Source: Candidatus Latescibacterota bacterium (GTDB taxonomy: Bacteria; Latescibacterota; CBDEFO01). Taken from it: a stretch of 64,000 nt of DNA. The stretch spans positions 896,001 through 960,000 of the forward strand of contig OZ252149.1 in assembly GCA_965248755.1 (NCBI GenBank), read 5' to 3'. The stretch's first letter is position 1, and each line of letters opens with the position of its first letter. Below, one piece after another: positions 28,554-38,885 of this stretch. The notes beneath the pieces are model-generated. The model worked only from the letters and a program-made list of their open reading frames with translations. It did no database searches and was not told where the DNA came from. A program made the position numbers and the translations under genes.

Positions 28554-31500
28554 CTATGTCGTACTATACAACTTCCTCTGCTCCTCGTCCAGCGCTCTCC
28601 ACGCCAAGAACTGCTTCCTGATGTCATTTAAGAAGGCCCGATTCCCCCTGACCCAGTACGACCGATCTCCCGATACCCTCCTTATATTTAACCTTATCGC
28701 AAAGATGCCGTCGGTATCCGACTCTTCGGTCAAAATCTCCACTTCCTGCCTTACTCCCATGTCGAAAGGAGAGAGCCAGACCGTAAACCTGAGGTTCAAA
28801 ATTCCCTGTTCATCAGAAAGGGAAGTCTCCGCATCAGGTGGCTGGCAGTAGAAGCCTCCACCTATGGAGCGCTCTTCGTGCGCCTCAAAATATTCTCCCA
28901 AGAAGGCCCCCAAGCCCAGAGCATCCCTTCTGCTCAGCGTGAAAGGGAGTTCCAAAGACAGAAAATCTCCAGCGGGTTCGGACAATCTCCATCTCCTTTC
29001 AATCCCAGGAACGCAGAGTTTAGACGCCATCCTCGCCGGATATATCGCCGATCCTATGACCACTACCATGATCAGGAATATAGTCGCAACAGTGGAAAGA
29101 GAAGAATAGTTCAGCGTCATACCGGGGAGGAGTTCCAACTCTACTATGACCTTCGCCGCTCCCTGACCGATAATGTACCCGAATACACCTCCTAAGACTG
29201 CGTACACAGCGGCCTCGGCCACAAATAGCCCGGCTATGTGAACCGGCGCGAGTCCCACAGCGTTAAGTGTCCCTATCTCTTTAGTCCTCTCATAGACCGC
29301 GCCTAACATCGTATTGAAGACGATCAGAGCGGCTATGATTAACGGAATTAAAAGATTCCTCTCTGCCCTGAAAGACTTCATCCCTACAGAGTTCACGATA
29401 TATCTGTCTCCATCTATCCCTGCAAATACGTTACAAGCCTAAAAATGACATCAACTCCTCCAGGGCCTCCTCGGGATCATCCTCATATACGCCTATTGAC
29501 CTGAGTGACCCCCTCCCTATGGACATGACGATTTCATACGGTAGGATAACTATCTCAGAGGGAGACGAATGGACGAAGGAAAAGTCCTCGTCCCCCCTTT
29601 TTCCTATGCCGAGGGATTTGCTGTCTGGCACTTGAGCGTCGGGATCCAGGGGCGTCTAAGGATATCCGTTTAGATCTTCAATCTTATCGAATCTGTTCTC
29701 ATCTATTACGCCGATAACCTTGAACTCCATCCCCCAGACCTTAAATTTAGCATTTTCCCGGTCGTCTTTCCCGATCCCCAACTTTGAAGCCGCGCTACTT
29801 GGGACAATGCAGGCGTCATTTTCGCCTTCTTTGAACCATCTTCCCCAGATCAATGCCTTCTGGGAATGCGTCACACGACTCTCATAAGCGGAAAGTCCCA
29901 ATATACCGCTCACATTAAAAGTGGTGCGACCACTGTGGTTCTCTCCACTACCAACTCTCTCCAGGACGACAGTTGAACTCCTCCCCTGACTCCAGATCCT
30001 CCACGCCCGCGGAGCGACGTTTTCAGGTCCGTATCTGTCCCTTAATATGTTCAAAACGGGTCTTTCCAGAGGGGTCCATCCAGGCATCCTGAAAAGGACA
30101 CCTTCGTACTCAGACCCTTTAGAAAGGAGCCTCCTGTTGACCCTCAAAGAGGACTTGATGGAACTAAACGACACTACGGAAAAGGTCATCAAAACGATCG
30201 TTGAAAGGGTCAAGGCCGTCCGGAGTTTCCTCCTTTTCATATTCGACACGCCCACGATGAACGCCCTGAGAAGAGTCTCATACCTCTGGAGATCCACTCT
30301 GTGAGCCGCAAGCCGGGGAGATACCGCCTCTCTTATCTGCCTGTTGAACTTCGCAAATCCAATATACATAACGATCCCAGCAAGGGCTAACACTACGAAG
30401 CCTTCAAGTATAATTACAGGATGCAAAGTAAGCTCGAACGCCGGATGCACGTAACGTAAGATTAAGAAGGTCAGGACAAATACGAGGAAGAATCCCGCTA
30501 TTTTGCGTCTTATGTCCACAGATCCGAACAGAAGCCTCTCGCAGAAGTAGGAAAAGGGCAAGACTAAAGCCAAAAAGAAGAGGACACCGTGCGCTACATC
30601 CCCCATCGTATTCTCCACGTCTGTGTACGCTCTGGAGGCATATCCCCACGCCTTCCTTGCAGAATCGGTGAAGCGGTCGTATCTTCTGTCCTTTAAGTAG
30701 CCCTCAGACTCTTTTAACAGTTTTTCGACCCCTTGGTGCAGACCCTCTAAACGAGGATTATGGATCCCGTTTCTCTTGAGCTTCTTTATCCTGCTCTCGT
30801 TCAGTAGAAAGGCGTCTAATGCCGCTTGATAAGATGTATGGGTTATTCGATCTGTGCTTTCAATGTCAAATCCCACACCTTGAGGATCTTCGGGGTTTGA
30901 ATTGGTGAGAACCATCCTTCTTCCGAGGCCGTATATCCCCGTCGTCATAGTTATCTTGATCTTTTTGTCTGTCTCAGCGAATACCACAGCGCACGGTTCC
31001 ACGTCCGAGAACAGATTATTCGTATATACAAAGAGCGACACCTCCCTCGGGGTCAGCGGCAGACAATATCCGAACGAAAGGGCGTCAGCTTCGGTCTTGG
31101 CGTCCAACACCTGTATGTCGTCCAGCGTAAACAGATACCTTTGATCTACCATGTCAAAGAGCGTTATCCCTTTACATCCGAACGCAACGACAGTCACCCG
31201 ATCTTTCTTCCCCGTCATAAGGACATCTGTCGGATAATCTTTGTAGCCCCTTATTCCCATATCGGGGGCATATACTATATCTCCCGTCTGCTTATCGACT
31301 CCATAGGCTTCTATCCTTGTCGGCTTGAGATAGATCGTGCTGTGCTCAACTCCCCTGATCTCGAACTTTCCTGAACTATCTGTAATCGCAAAGAGATCCC
31401 CTCTTACACCCATAAACGCCTTCGTCCTTAATCTTGCCCTGACGATCGCCCCATCTACAGGGACATCGGGGAGGTAACTCGTCTTCTCGAAGCTTGCAAC

Positions 31501-32988
31501 CTCACCCTCTAAGATTCCGAAGGAATCCTCCCTCCTCCTGTCCATCGAAGCCCGAGGATCGTCTACAACTTTGGAGACGATGTAGACTAACAGCTTCATC
31601 TGCTCTTTCAGATTATCGTAATTGACACTTTGAGGGAGGTCCAACGGAGTATCCCACAGACGTCTGGAGTCGTTTATAGTCACAAAAGTAATCGCAAGCT
31701 CCCCAGCAAGGTTTATGGCCTCCCCGTCGTAAGCTATATGAGATGGGACCTTCCCTAAGTTTCCCCTTTCCCGTGAGGACTTAATACCGTTGTGCAGCAT
31801 CACTTTTCCCCCGTTCACCCGCTTCTCATATTCCTCGGCATAGGCTATAACTCTTTCAGTTACAGGGGAATCTGCGTGCGCCGACCAGGGAATCCTGTAG
31901 ACCCATCCTCTCTTAGACATACTAAGGACATCCGACCCGCTGCTCAAGTCCAGGCAAACGTACAGATCCATCTCGTAACCCTTCAGCAGACTTAAAAACC
32001 TTTGATCCTCAATATTCAGTCCTTCAGTATCACTTCTTAGAAGAGCTACGAAGTCCCTTGCCCCTGCAAGGCATTCGAAATGACCCGGAAGAGCCAGAAA
32101 TATCACCGACCTTTTCGGCTTTGTCTTTGCCAGCAACCGTGCCAACTCTAATAGACCCGCAATCCCAGATGCCTGATCTGCTCCCGGCGCAAGGGCAGGG
32201 ACCGCGGAGATCGAATCGTAGTATCCCTCGATCACTACGGCTCTTTTTCTCAACTCTGGATCGTTCCCTTCAATTATCCCCATAACCATCGTCCCCGATT
32301 TCAACTCCCAATCCATGCGTCCTTCGAGCTGTACTATTTCTCCTCTTTCGGCTAAGATCAGCAAATACTCCCTATCTTGACTTGAAGCGTAGAACCTGGG
32401 CAGATCGGCTGGAGTCGTCAAAAACTTATCCTCAGCCTGCTTTCTGTAAGTGTCCAGAGGAGAAAGGAAGACCACAGCTTTTGCCCCTAACATAAATGCG
32501 TTCAGCCAGTCCATCCCAGAGTTGAAATCCAGGAGCACAACGCTCCCCTTCATCTCCTGTCCGTTCAACTCCCGGAGCTCGCCTTTCCCTCCGTATATGA
32601 TCTTTCCCTCCACGCTGCAAGTAGAAGTCCTCGCCACATTGGGCCATACGGAATATATATCTATTACTCTACCGTCGGACAAACTCTTTATCGTCCCTCC
32701 CCTATCAACAGGCACAGGGATCTCGAACGATCTGTGGACGACATCGTCCAGACCTGATTCCTTGAAGCTGTCGTAGATATACATTCCCGCCCTTTCGCTT
32801 CCCTCGTAGCCAGTGACCCTCGACCCTAATCGCGCCATGTCCCCTATGGTCTCTTTCAACCTATCTTTCTCGACAGAGTACGAGAGTTCCCAATACTGGT
32901 CTTGCCCAGCCACGGATAAAGTGGCAGTCATCAACAGCATCAAAAATAGAATTGTGAAGGTATTACGTGTGTTTTTCATGGACTTCAC
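28554..32988 (-). pseudogene. M28-family peptidase domain fused to FtsX-like permease domains (very large membrane protein), disrupted
   Basis: SRVTGYEG, YYDSIS..APGADQASGIAGLLE (M28-like); NMKRRKLRTALTL and VYERTKEIGTLNAVGLAP (FtsX). In-frame TAG at 29656-29658 and a +1 frameshift near 29433. Confidence 0.85.
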
Positions 32989-33276
32989 ACAATCGGGGAT
33001 TATCCCTTTGGAAGCTCGGCAATCTCCTTCTCCACCTGCCTTATCATATCCTCGATGTCAATCCCACCGTTCTCGCGGTAGCCATCATAAGCCAACTCCA
33101 CTTTGTCCTTATCTCTGGGTGGTTTTCCAGAATATAATCTTCAAGCTCGTCCTCGCTCAGACTCCTTAGGATCGCCTTTGGCTTCCCCCTGTACAGCTAT
33201 TACTATCTCCTCACCTTCGTTCGTCTGACGAAGGATCTCAGATATATTAGCCTTCAACTGCCCTTTCCTCTCCCTT

Positions 33277-33481
33277 GAGATTGCTTCGGGCTGAAACTCC
33301 TCGCAATGACCCTTCTCTCAGTCATTGCGAGCGAAGCGAAGCAATCTCATAGTTAGTAGGGACAGACCCACGTGTCTGCCCTAACGTCTGTGCGCTCACA
33401 TAAATAATATACACAAAATACATCTGTCTGCAACAAATCTAAGAGACCGCTGTGTAAGGGCGAGGTTACCTCGCCCTTACA
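33277..33481. repeat. Cluster of REP-like palindromes
   Basis: GAGATTGCTTCG..CTCGCAATGAC / GTCATTGCGAGCGAAGCGAAGCAATCTC inverted pair (33277-33348), GTAGGGACAGACCCACGTGTCTGCCC (33356), TGTAAGGGCGAGGTTACCTCGCCCTTACA (33453). Confidence 0.8.
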
Positions 33482-33502
33482 TTAATTTACAGGGGAGGGT
33501 CG

Positions 33503-33672
33503 TCACATAGAATATCCTTCGCCAATCTTTCCCGCGAAAGTGCCCACACAAGCCCAGGACAATTTCATCATCAGCCCACTGAGGATGACACCTCTAAAAA
33601 GGGCTTTGTTCTTCTAAACATTACCTCTCCGCCATATTGGACGATAATCCACTTAATTAGCAACCCGACTAA
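33503..33672 (-). pseudogene. 3' remnant of a second DUF6784-like membrane protein
   Basis: LVGLLIKWIIVQYGGEVMFRRTKPF parallels LVGWFLKWIIVKYGGAVIFRRAKPF. GCCAATCTTTCCCGCGAAAGTGCCCACACAAGCCCA is shared with 35151-35186. Confidence 0.75.
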
Positions 33673-33783
33673 CGTCTAACCCCATATTCTCTGGCTGTAG
33701 CCGGCAGCAAAGATGTAACCGATAGTATAAAATGGGCACCTTGAGGAAGGATTACCTCACAATCATAAAGAAACACACAAAAG

Positions 33784-33809
33784 AAAAAGCCCGCCGTCTG
33801 TGGCGGGCT
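33784..33809 (-). terminator. Intrinsic terminator
   Basis: Minus strand AGCCCGCCACAGACGGCGGGCT followed by TTTTCTTTT. Confidence 0.75.
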
Positions 33810-33974
33810 CTGATGCATCAGGGGCCCAAACGGGCCTCTGTCTGCAAATCTCTCCCCGGGGCAAAGTACTGAAAGTATCCGGAGGGTGTGATTGAGTAGA
33901 AGTATAGCACTCAGGCCTTCTTCTACTGGGAGCAGGAACTACATGTCGTGCTCTTTTCTCCAACGCTCCATCGT

Positions 33975-34451
33975 CTATGGCATCTCCTCCCCCACCGCCC
34001 TCATAAAGAAAAAGGAAGTCGAACTTCCCAGATGTGAAAAGCGTTTGCTCAGGGTCTTTACGAGCTCTCCCTCACCGTTTGCGCTGATTTCCTTAAGAAA
34101 TACCCCGAACGATCCGTGCTCTTTCTGTATGGTCAACAGTTTTCTGGCATTTTCGATAGCGGCCCTGATCTTTCGACCGTTCCGAACGATGCCCTTGTCG
34201 CTCATCAGCCTGTCAAAGTCTGGCTCATCAAACGCAGCGACCTTGGCGATCGAAAAATCGGCGAAGGCCCTCCGAAAGTCAGGCCACTTTTTCTCAATCA
34301 CCTTCCAGTTGAAGCCGGCTCGAAAGACGGCCCTGGTCATCTCTGCAAAATAGCGGTCGTCATTTTCGGGCCTCGTGCCGAGCACGCAATACTTCATTTC
34401 AGATAGTGCGGACGAAGCTGTCGCGCCTGTTCCACGATCTTGCATATCCAT
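33975..34451 (-). CDS. tag: DNA-3-methyladenine glycosylase I family (short form); stop possibly premature by 11 codons
   Basis: VFRAGFNWKVIEKKWPDFRRAFADF..GIVRNGRKIRAAIENA; TAG followed by TMERWRKEHDM*. Confidence 0.8.
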   Translation of the reverse strand: MDMQDRGTGATASSALSEMKYCVLGTRPENDDRYFAEMTRAVFRAGFNWKVIEKKWPDFRRAFADFSIAKVAAFDEPDFDRLMSDKGIVRNGRKIRAAIENARKLLTIQKEHGSFGVFLKEISANGEGELVKTLSKRFSHLGSSTSFFFMRAVGEEMP

Positions 34452-34456
34452 GCTCC

Positions 34457-34822
34457 TTAGTCATGGTTCTCCGGCTGCCAGAGGGCGAAGGCAGCACCGG
34501 TTGGGTCTATCATAACGCTGAAGCGCCCGTAATCCGTAATCTCCGTCACCTCGTGAACGATCGTACCTCCTAATGACTTTGCCTTCTCGGTTGAGGCGGC
34601 AATATCGTCAACCTGAACGTAGGCCAGCCAATGCGACGGAACGCCCGGAACTGGATTCTTCATCATCCCGCCGCCTGTACCTTCCCCCACCTCGATCATT
34701 GTGTATGTGGTCTCGTCCATCGGGATGTCTTGAAGCTTCCAGTCGAACAGGCCGGCGTAGAACTCCTTCGCAGCGGCCACATCTTCCGTGAGAAGTTCAA
34801 TGTGCACGAATGGATTAGCCAT
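34457..34822 (-). CDS. VOC/glyoxalase family protein
   Basis: NPFVHIEL..AKEFYAGLFDW, GGMM, WLAYVQVDDI, DPTGAAFALWQ. Confidence 0.92.
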   Translation of the reverse strand: MANPFVHIELLTEDVAAAKEFYAGLFDWKLQDIPMDETTYTMIEVGEGTGGGMMKNPVPGVPSHWLAYVQVDDIAASTEKAKSLGGTIVHEVTEITDYGRFSVMIDPTGAAFALWQPENHD

Positions 34823-35132
34823 ATACTCCCTCCTTCCTTAAAGATGCTTTGCATCTTGATTTCTGGGACCAGATTATTGGGTCCCACTATAGATAATCGT
34901 CCTCTTTTTGACGAGTCTCAGCTTCAGTCCGGTTCTGTGTTGTCTACAATACGAAACCAGAAAGCCGCTACTGTACGTAATATTAAGAAAGTCTCGGCCC
35001 TGTGTCAATATCTTTTCGATAGCTCTCTATGCATTTCAGGCTGGAAACTCCTGCAACGAATTTCGGTAATCGGCTCAGGCGGGACCTCATCGGCAGATAG
35101 GGTGAAGTGACCCCGGAGTGGAAATCACATTT

Positions 35133-37049
35133 TCACATGCCGTAAGCTTGGCCAATCTTTCCCGCGAAAGTGCCCACACAAGCCCACACCAGTTTCATAG
35201 TCAACTCACCCAAGATGAGACCCAGGAAGAATGGCTTGGCCCTTCTGAAGATCACCGCTCCTCCGTATTTGACGATAATCCATTTCAGGAACCATCCCAC
35301 TAATATCGAGCCCCATATTGCCTTGCCGAATCCCACCGCGAAGATGTATCCAATAGGATGAAATGGCCACCTTAGGAAGAATTTCCTCATAATCGTTAAA
35401 AACCACACGAAAGAGAAGCCCACAAAATGGAAGAATATCCTCAGCCAGTCCGTAGGGGATTCAAGATCTCCCGCGGACTGATAGGAATAGGGGTAGTACC
35501 TCCCTATTCTGGCCTCGGAGAGAGCGCCGCCTTCGTTATCCAATACAAACATCCCGTATTCGTAGATCGTGTTCAAAGAGAAATAATAGCCCACAAACAG
35601 ACCGACAAGGAGACTCATAACCAGAGCGATGGTCATCTTTCCCGTCTTTATCCCGACCTCCTCTCCTATCTTCCACCCTTCAAGCTGCATTGCAAGGAAC
35701 GTCCCGAGACAGCCGTAAGTCAGGATGTTCAGGTGAGCGAAGACTACATAATCGGATTCGCCATAGACTCCGGGTCCCGTCCCACCGACTATGTAAAAGA
35801 GATGCGACACCATGGGCAGACCCAAAAATAGAGGGATCCCCCCATCTATCCTGAGCCGGGCGATCCCTATCGAAAAGATGAAGAATAGGGCAAAATAGAT
35901 CAGTCCCAGATGAAATTTCAATCCTGCGGCATAAGACCAGAAGGAACAGAATAGGAGGGAGGCGGCCAGACCCAAAAAGGCCCAACGTGGAGGGTCTTCT
36001 GCAAGGTGCGTTGGTCTTCCCAGCCCTCTGAATACCCCCAAAAGATGAGACCTTGCAGCCCACAGGCTCAGCACGACCAGACATATTATCCCACCCCTTG
36101 CCTAGGAAAAGAGGAACGGAAAATGTGGCGGCCACTCCAGACCGAAGGCCTTGCACACACCCCTGTTTTCGGTAAATCCAAGAAACTCGGTGGCCAGAAG
36201 CTGAACCCTGGTCATAAGAAAGAAAAACCAGATACTGAATGAGATCTCAAGCGACAGCAGATACGCGATTCCGACTATCATCGGAGAAAAGTCGAAGACG
36301 AATCTCGCCTCAAACGCCGCCATCGCCTTCCAGGGTGCTTCTAACAGAATCTCCCCCATGTCCAGCGAGGTACTTATCTCTCCGATTTGCGGAAAGTAGT
36401 GATGAAGACCATTTATCGTGAATATGATAACTGGAACGGCCATCCCCTCTAACATCGCCCTGGGAAGCTCCAACATCGGAAAGCTCAGCCCTTCGTTCTC
36501 GGACCACTGCCGCCTCAGGATGATCCCTATGCACAACATACCTGCAAAGACTGCTGCAAACAGCAGTGACCACAGAAAAAGAGGAAAAATCCAGTGCTCC
36601 CATGGCACAGGGCCACCCTCAAAGAAATCCACTGCCGTATCGATTTTCACCTTACCCGGAACCATCCATTCTGGGATAAACTCTAAGAACCTGAAATACC
36701 TCCCCGTCTCGCGGTAGAAGGGCGAGCGCCCGAAGCTCGTTACCAGCCCCGGCAGGTATCTGTGAACCAGCCCCACAGAAGCTAAGGGCAGCTAGATGAC
36801 CAGCGCAGAATATATGAGAACCAACTCCGCCTTGCCGAGACAGAGTCTTTCGTTCAGCTTCCGCAGCAGCCCCCCTATCAGAAGCAGAAGAACAAGGACG
36901 CCTATTCCACCGGCGGGAGGAACGTGATCGGACAGCTTTGGCCCCGCGTAGATCAACTCGTTCCTTTGAGTCCACATTCCCACAAGGACTGTGAAGAATA
37001 TGAAGATTAAGATAGCCCTGATTGTAAATCCAGATTTATCGTTTGACAT
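35133..37049 (-). pseudogene. DUF6785/DUF6784-like polytopic membrane protein with two in-frame TAG stops
   Basis: RRQWSENEGLSFP, GIAYLLSLEISFSIWFF and WPFHPIGY motifs. The three ORF-track pieces share one frame, separated by TAG at 36792-36794 and 36102-36104. Confidence 0.8.
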
Positions 37050-37199
37050 AGAGGTGGCGAAGATAAGGTGTTCTTGAGCGTGCTTCCCCGATTGAATCTA
37101 GCGGGGATCGCTCGCAATAACATTTGAAACACCAAAATTCTGTGAACATTAGAATATAGCTCTGCTATAACATCCTGTCTAAAGTTTTCCTTTGTACAC

Positions 37200-37227
37200 A
37201 AAAAACCCCGAACAGAGTGTCCGGGGT
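37200..37227 (-). terminator. Probable intrinsic terminator after tlpA-like gene
   Basis: Minus strand ACCCCGGACACTCTGTTCGGGGT then T-run. Confidence 0.65.
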
Positions 37228-37252
37228 AATTATCTCTAAAGAGGGAATTCTA

Positions 37253-37951
37253 TCAGGATTTCTCATCTTTCGAAGTCTGTGCAAGCAGAGCCTCAACGCT
37301 CCTTTCAAAGACTTCTAAATCGTTCGGGACTCCCACAATCCTCAGATATATCTTTCCTTCCTTGTTTAAAATAAAGGTCGTCGGTATCACCCCCCTTACG
37401 GGAGCGTCGCTCAAATAAGGCTCTGTTTTGCCGGGAATGTACTGAGGTACCCCGGTCACAGTGAAGAAATCCGTTAGCACCAAGCCCTTATCATCCGCCA
37501 TAGTGACGGTGTAATTCATCTTATTATCCTTTACGAATTCCCTCACATTGTCCAGCCGATCGTTCACCGTCACAGCCACCATCTCGAATCCCTTATCCTT
37601 ATATTTTTTTTGAAGCCTTATAAAATGGGGAATTTCGAACCTGCACGGCCCACACCAGGTAGCCCAGAAGTCCACTATTACCACTTTGCCCTTGTAGTCC
37701 GACAGCTTTACGTCGTTTCCGTCTATGTCCTTCAGTGCAAAATCAGGCGCAGGCTTTAAATCAGAGGCTAAACTGTGGAGTCTGGCCTCTCCTATCTTGG
37801 AATCCTCTGTCTTTGATTCTTCAGTCTTGGAAACCTCAGTCGTGGAATCCTCCTGGGAAAGAACGCTATGCTCCTGAAGAAACAGGACATATAGAACCAG
37901 AACACCCAGAATAATCAGAACGAGCCGGCTGATAATCTTTGTTCTTTTCAC
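37253..37951 (-). CDS. TlpA/ResA-like membrane-anchored thiol-disulfide oxidoreductase
   Basis: N-terminal TM; APDFALKD; DFWATWCGPCRFEIP; IPTTFILN. Confidence 0.92.
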   Translation of the reverse strand: MKRTKIISRLVLIILGVLVLYVLFLQEHSVLSQEDSTTEVSKTEESKTEDSKIGEARLHSLASDLKPAPDFALKDIDGNDVKLSDYKGKVVIVDFWATWCGPCRFEIPHFIRLQKKYKDKGFEMVAVTVNDRLDNVREFVKDNKMNYTVTMADDKGLVLTDFFTVTGVPQYIPGKTEPYLSDAPVRGVIPTTFILNKEGKIYLRIVGVPNDLEVFERSVEALLAQTSKDEKS

Positions 37952-37999
37952 TGTTTTGATCTCCTATTGTTTTAGGCTTATCCTACATTCAGCCTAGGC

Positions 38000-38725
38000 T
38001 TATCCTACATTCAGCCATGGAAAGAGTTTTATTATATATATAGACAGGACGTTGAGATAGTTAAAGAATATCATGAAACCTACGAGTACTAAAAGGGTTC
38101 CGCTGGCTATCTCTATGGCCTTAAAGTACCTTTTTATCCTCGCAAAGACGCTCAGAAATCTATTAATGCCTATTCCCGTAAGGAAAAAGGGAATCCCCAG
38201 CCCTAAAGAATAGGCGCTCAAAAGCTTTATCCCCTCCCCCACCGTCTCCTCTATCATCGCCAGACCCAAAATCCCGGCAAGGATAGGTCCCACGCACGGC
38301 GTCCATCCGAAGGCGAAGGCCAGGCCTACTAAGAACGTCCCCAGGAGTCCCACAGGCTTATTTGAGGCATGAAATTTTTTCTCATAGTTCAGAAACCTTA
38401 TCTTGAAGACCCCTGCCATATGCAGCCCGAATATTACGATCACGACCCCCGCTATCTTGCTTAAGACGCTCATCTTCGACAGCAGAAGCTGACCCGCAAA
38501 CGTGGCTGTCGCCCCCAGGGCCACAAAGACAATTGAAAAACCTAAGATAAAGGCGAGCGAATTGAGCATAATCCTCCTCATTGTCTGGGAGTTCTCCTTG
38601 CTCAGCTCCTCCATCGAGAGTCCAGATATAAACGAGATGTAGGCGGGGATTAAAGGGAGCACACAGGGAGATACGAACGATATGATCCCGGCTCCGAATG
38701 CCGCCATGAGGGATATGCCGCCCAA
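38000..38725 (-). CDS. ccdA: Cytochrome c biogenesis protein CcdA (DsbD transmembrane domain)
   Basis: SFVSPCVLPLIPAY and FGWTPCVGPIL motifs. Confidence 0.93.
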   Translation of the reverse strand: MGGISLMAAFGAGIISFVSPCVLPLIPAYISFISGLSMEELSKENSQTMRRIMLNSLAFILGFSIVFVALGATATFAGQLLLSKMSVLSKIAGVVIVIFGLHMAGVFKIRFLNYEKKFHASNKPVGLLGTFLVGLAFAFGWTPCVGPILAGILGLAMIEETVGEGIKLLSAYSLGLGIPFFLTGIGINRFLSVFARIKRYFKAIEIASGTLLVLVGFMIFFNYLNVLSIYIIKLFPWLNVG

Positions 38726-38885
38726 TTTTGTACGTCTCCTTTAGATTGTATTTATTGCAGATCAGAACTCGTATATGAACAGTCTATCACACTCTATGTA
38801 TGACGATGCAGGAGCGCTTTAGTTCCAGAGCTTGCCCACTGAATTGTAATAGACAGAGAGGAGGCACCGCTCCCACCTGCTTAAC

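Noticed and set aside
32999..33190. Small frameshifted helical ORF remnant upstream of the M28/FtsX gene
   Set aside because: Coding-like but no start codon or family identifiable.
33660..33720. attC site (GTTAGAC on the minus strand at the DUF6784 remnant junction)
   Set aside because: Core motif only; no matching inverse core or stem found.
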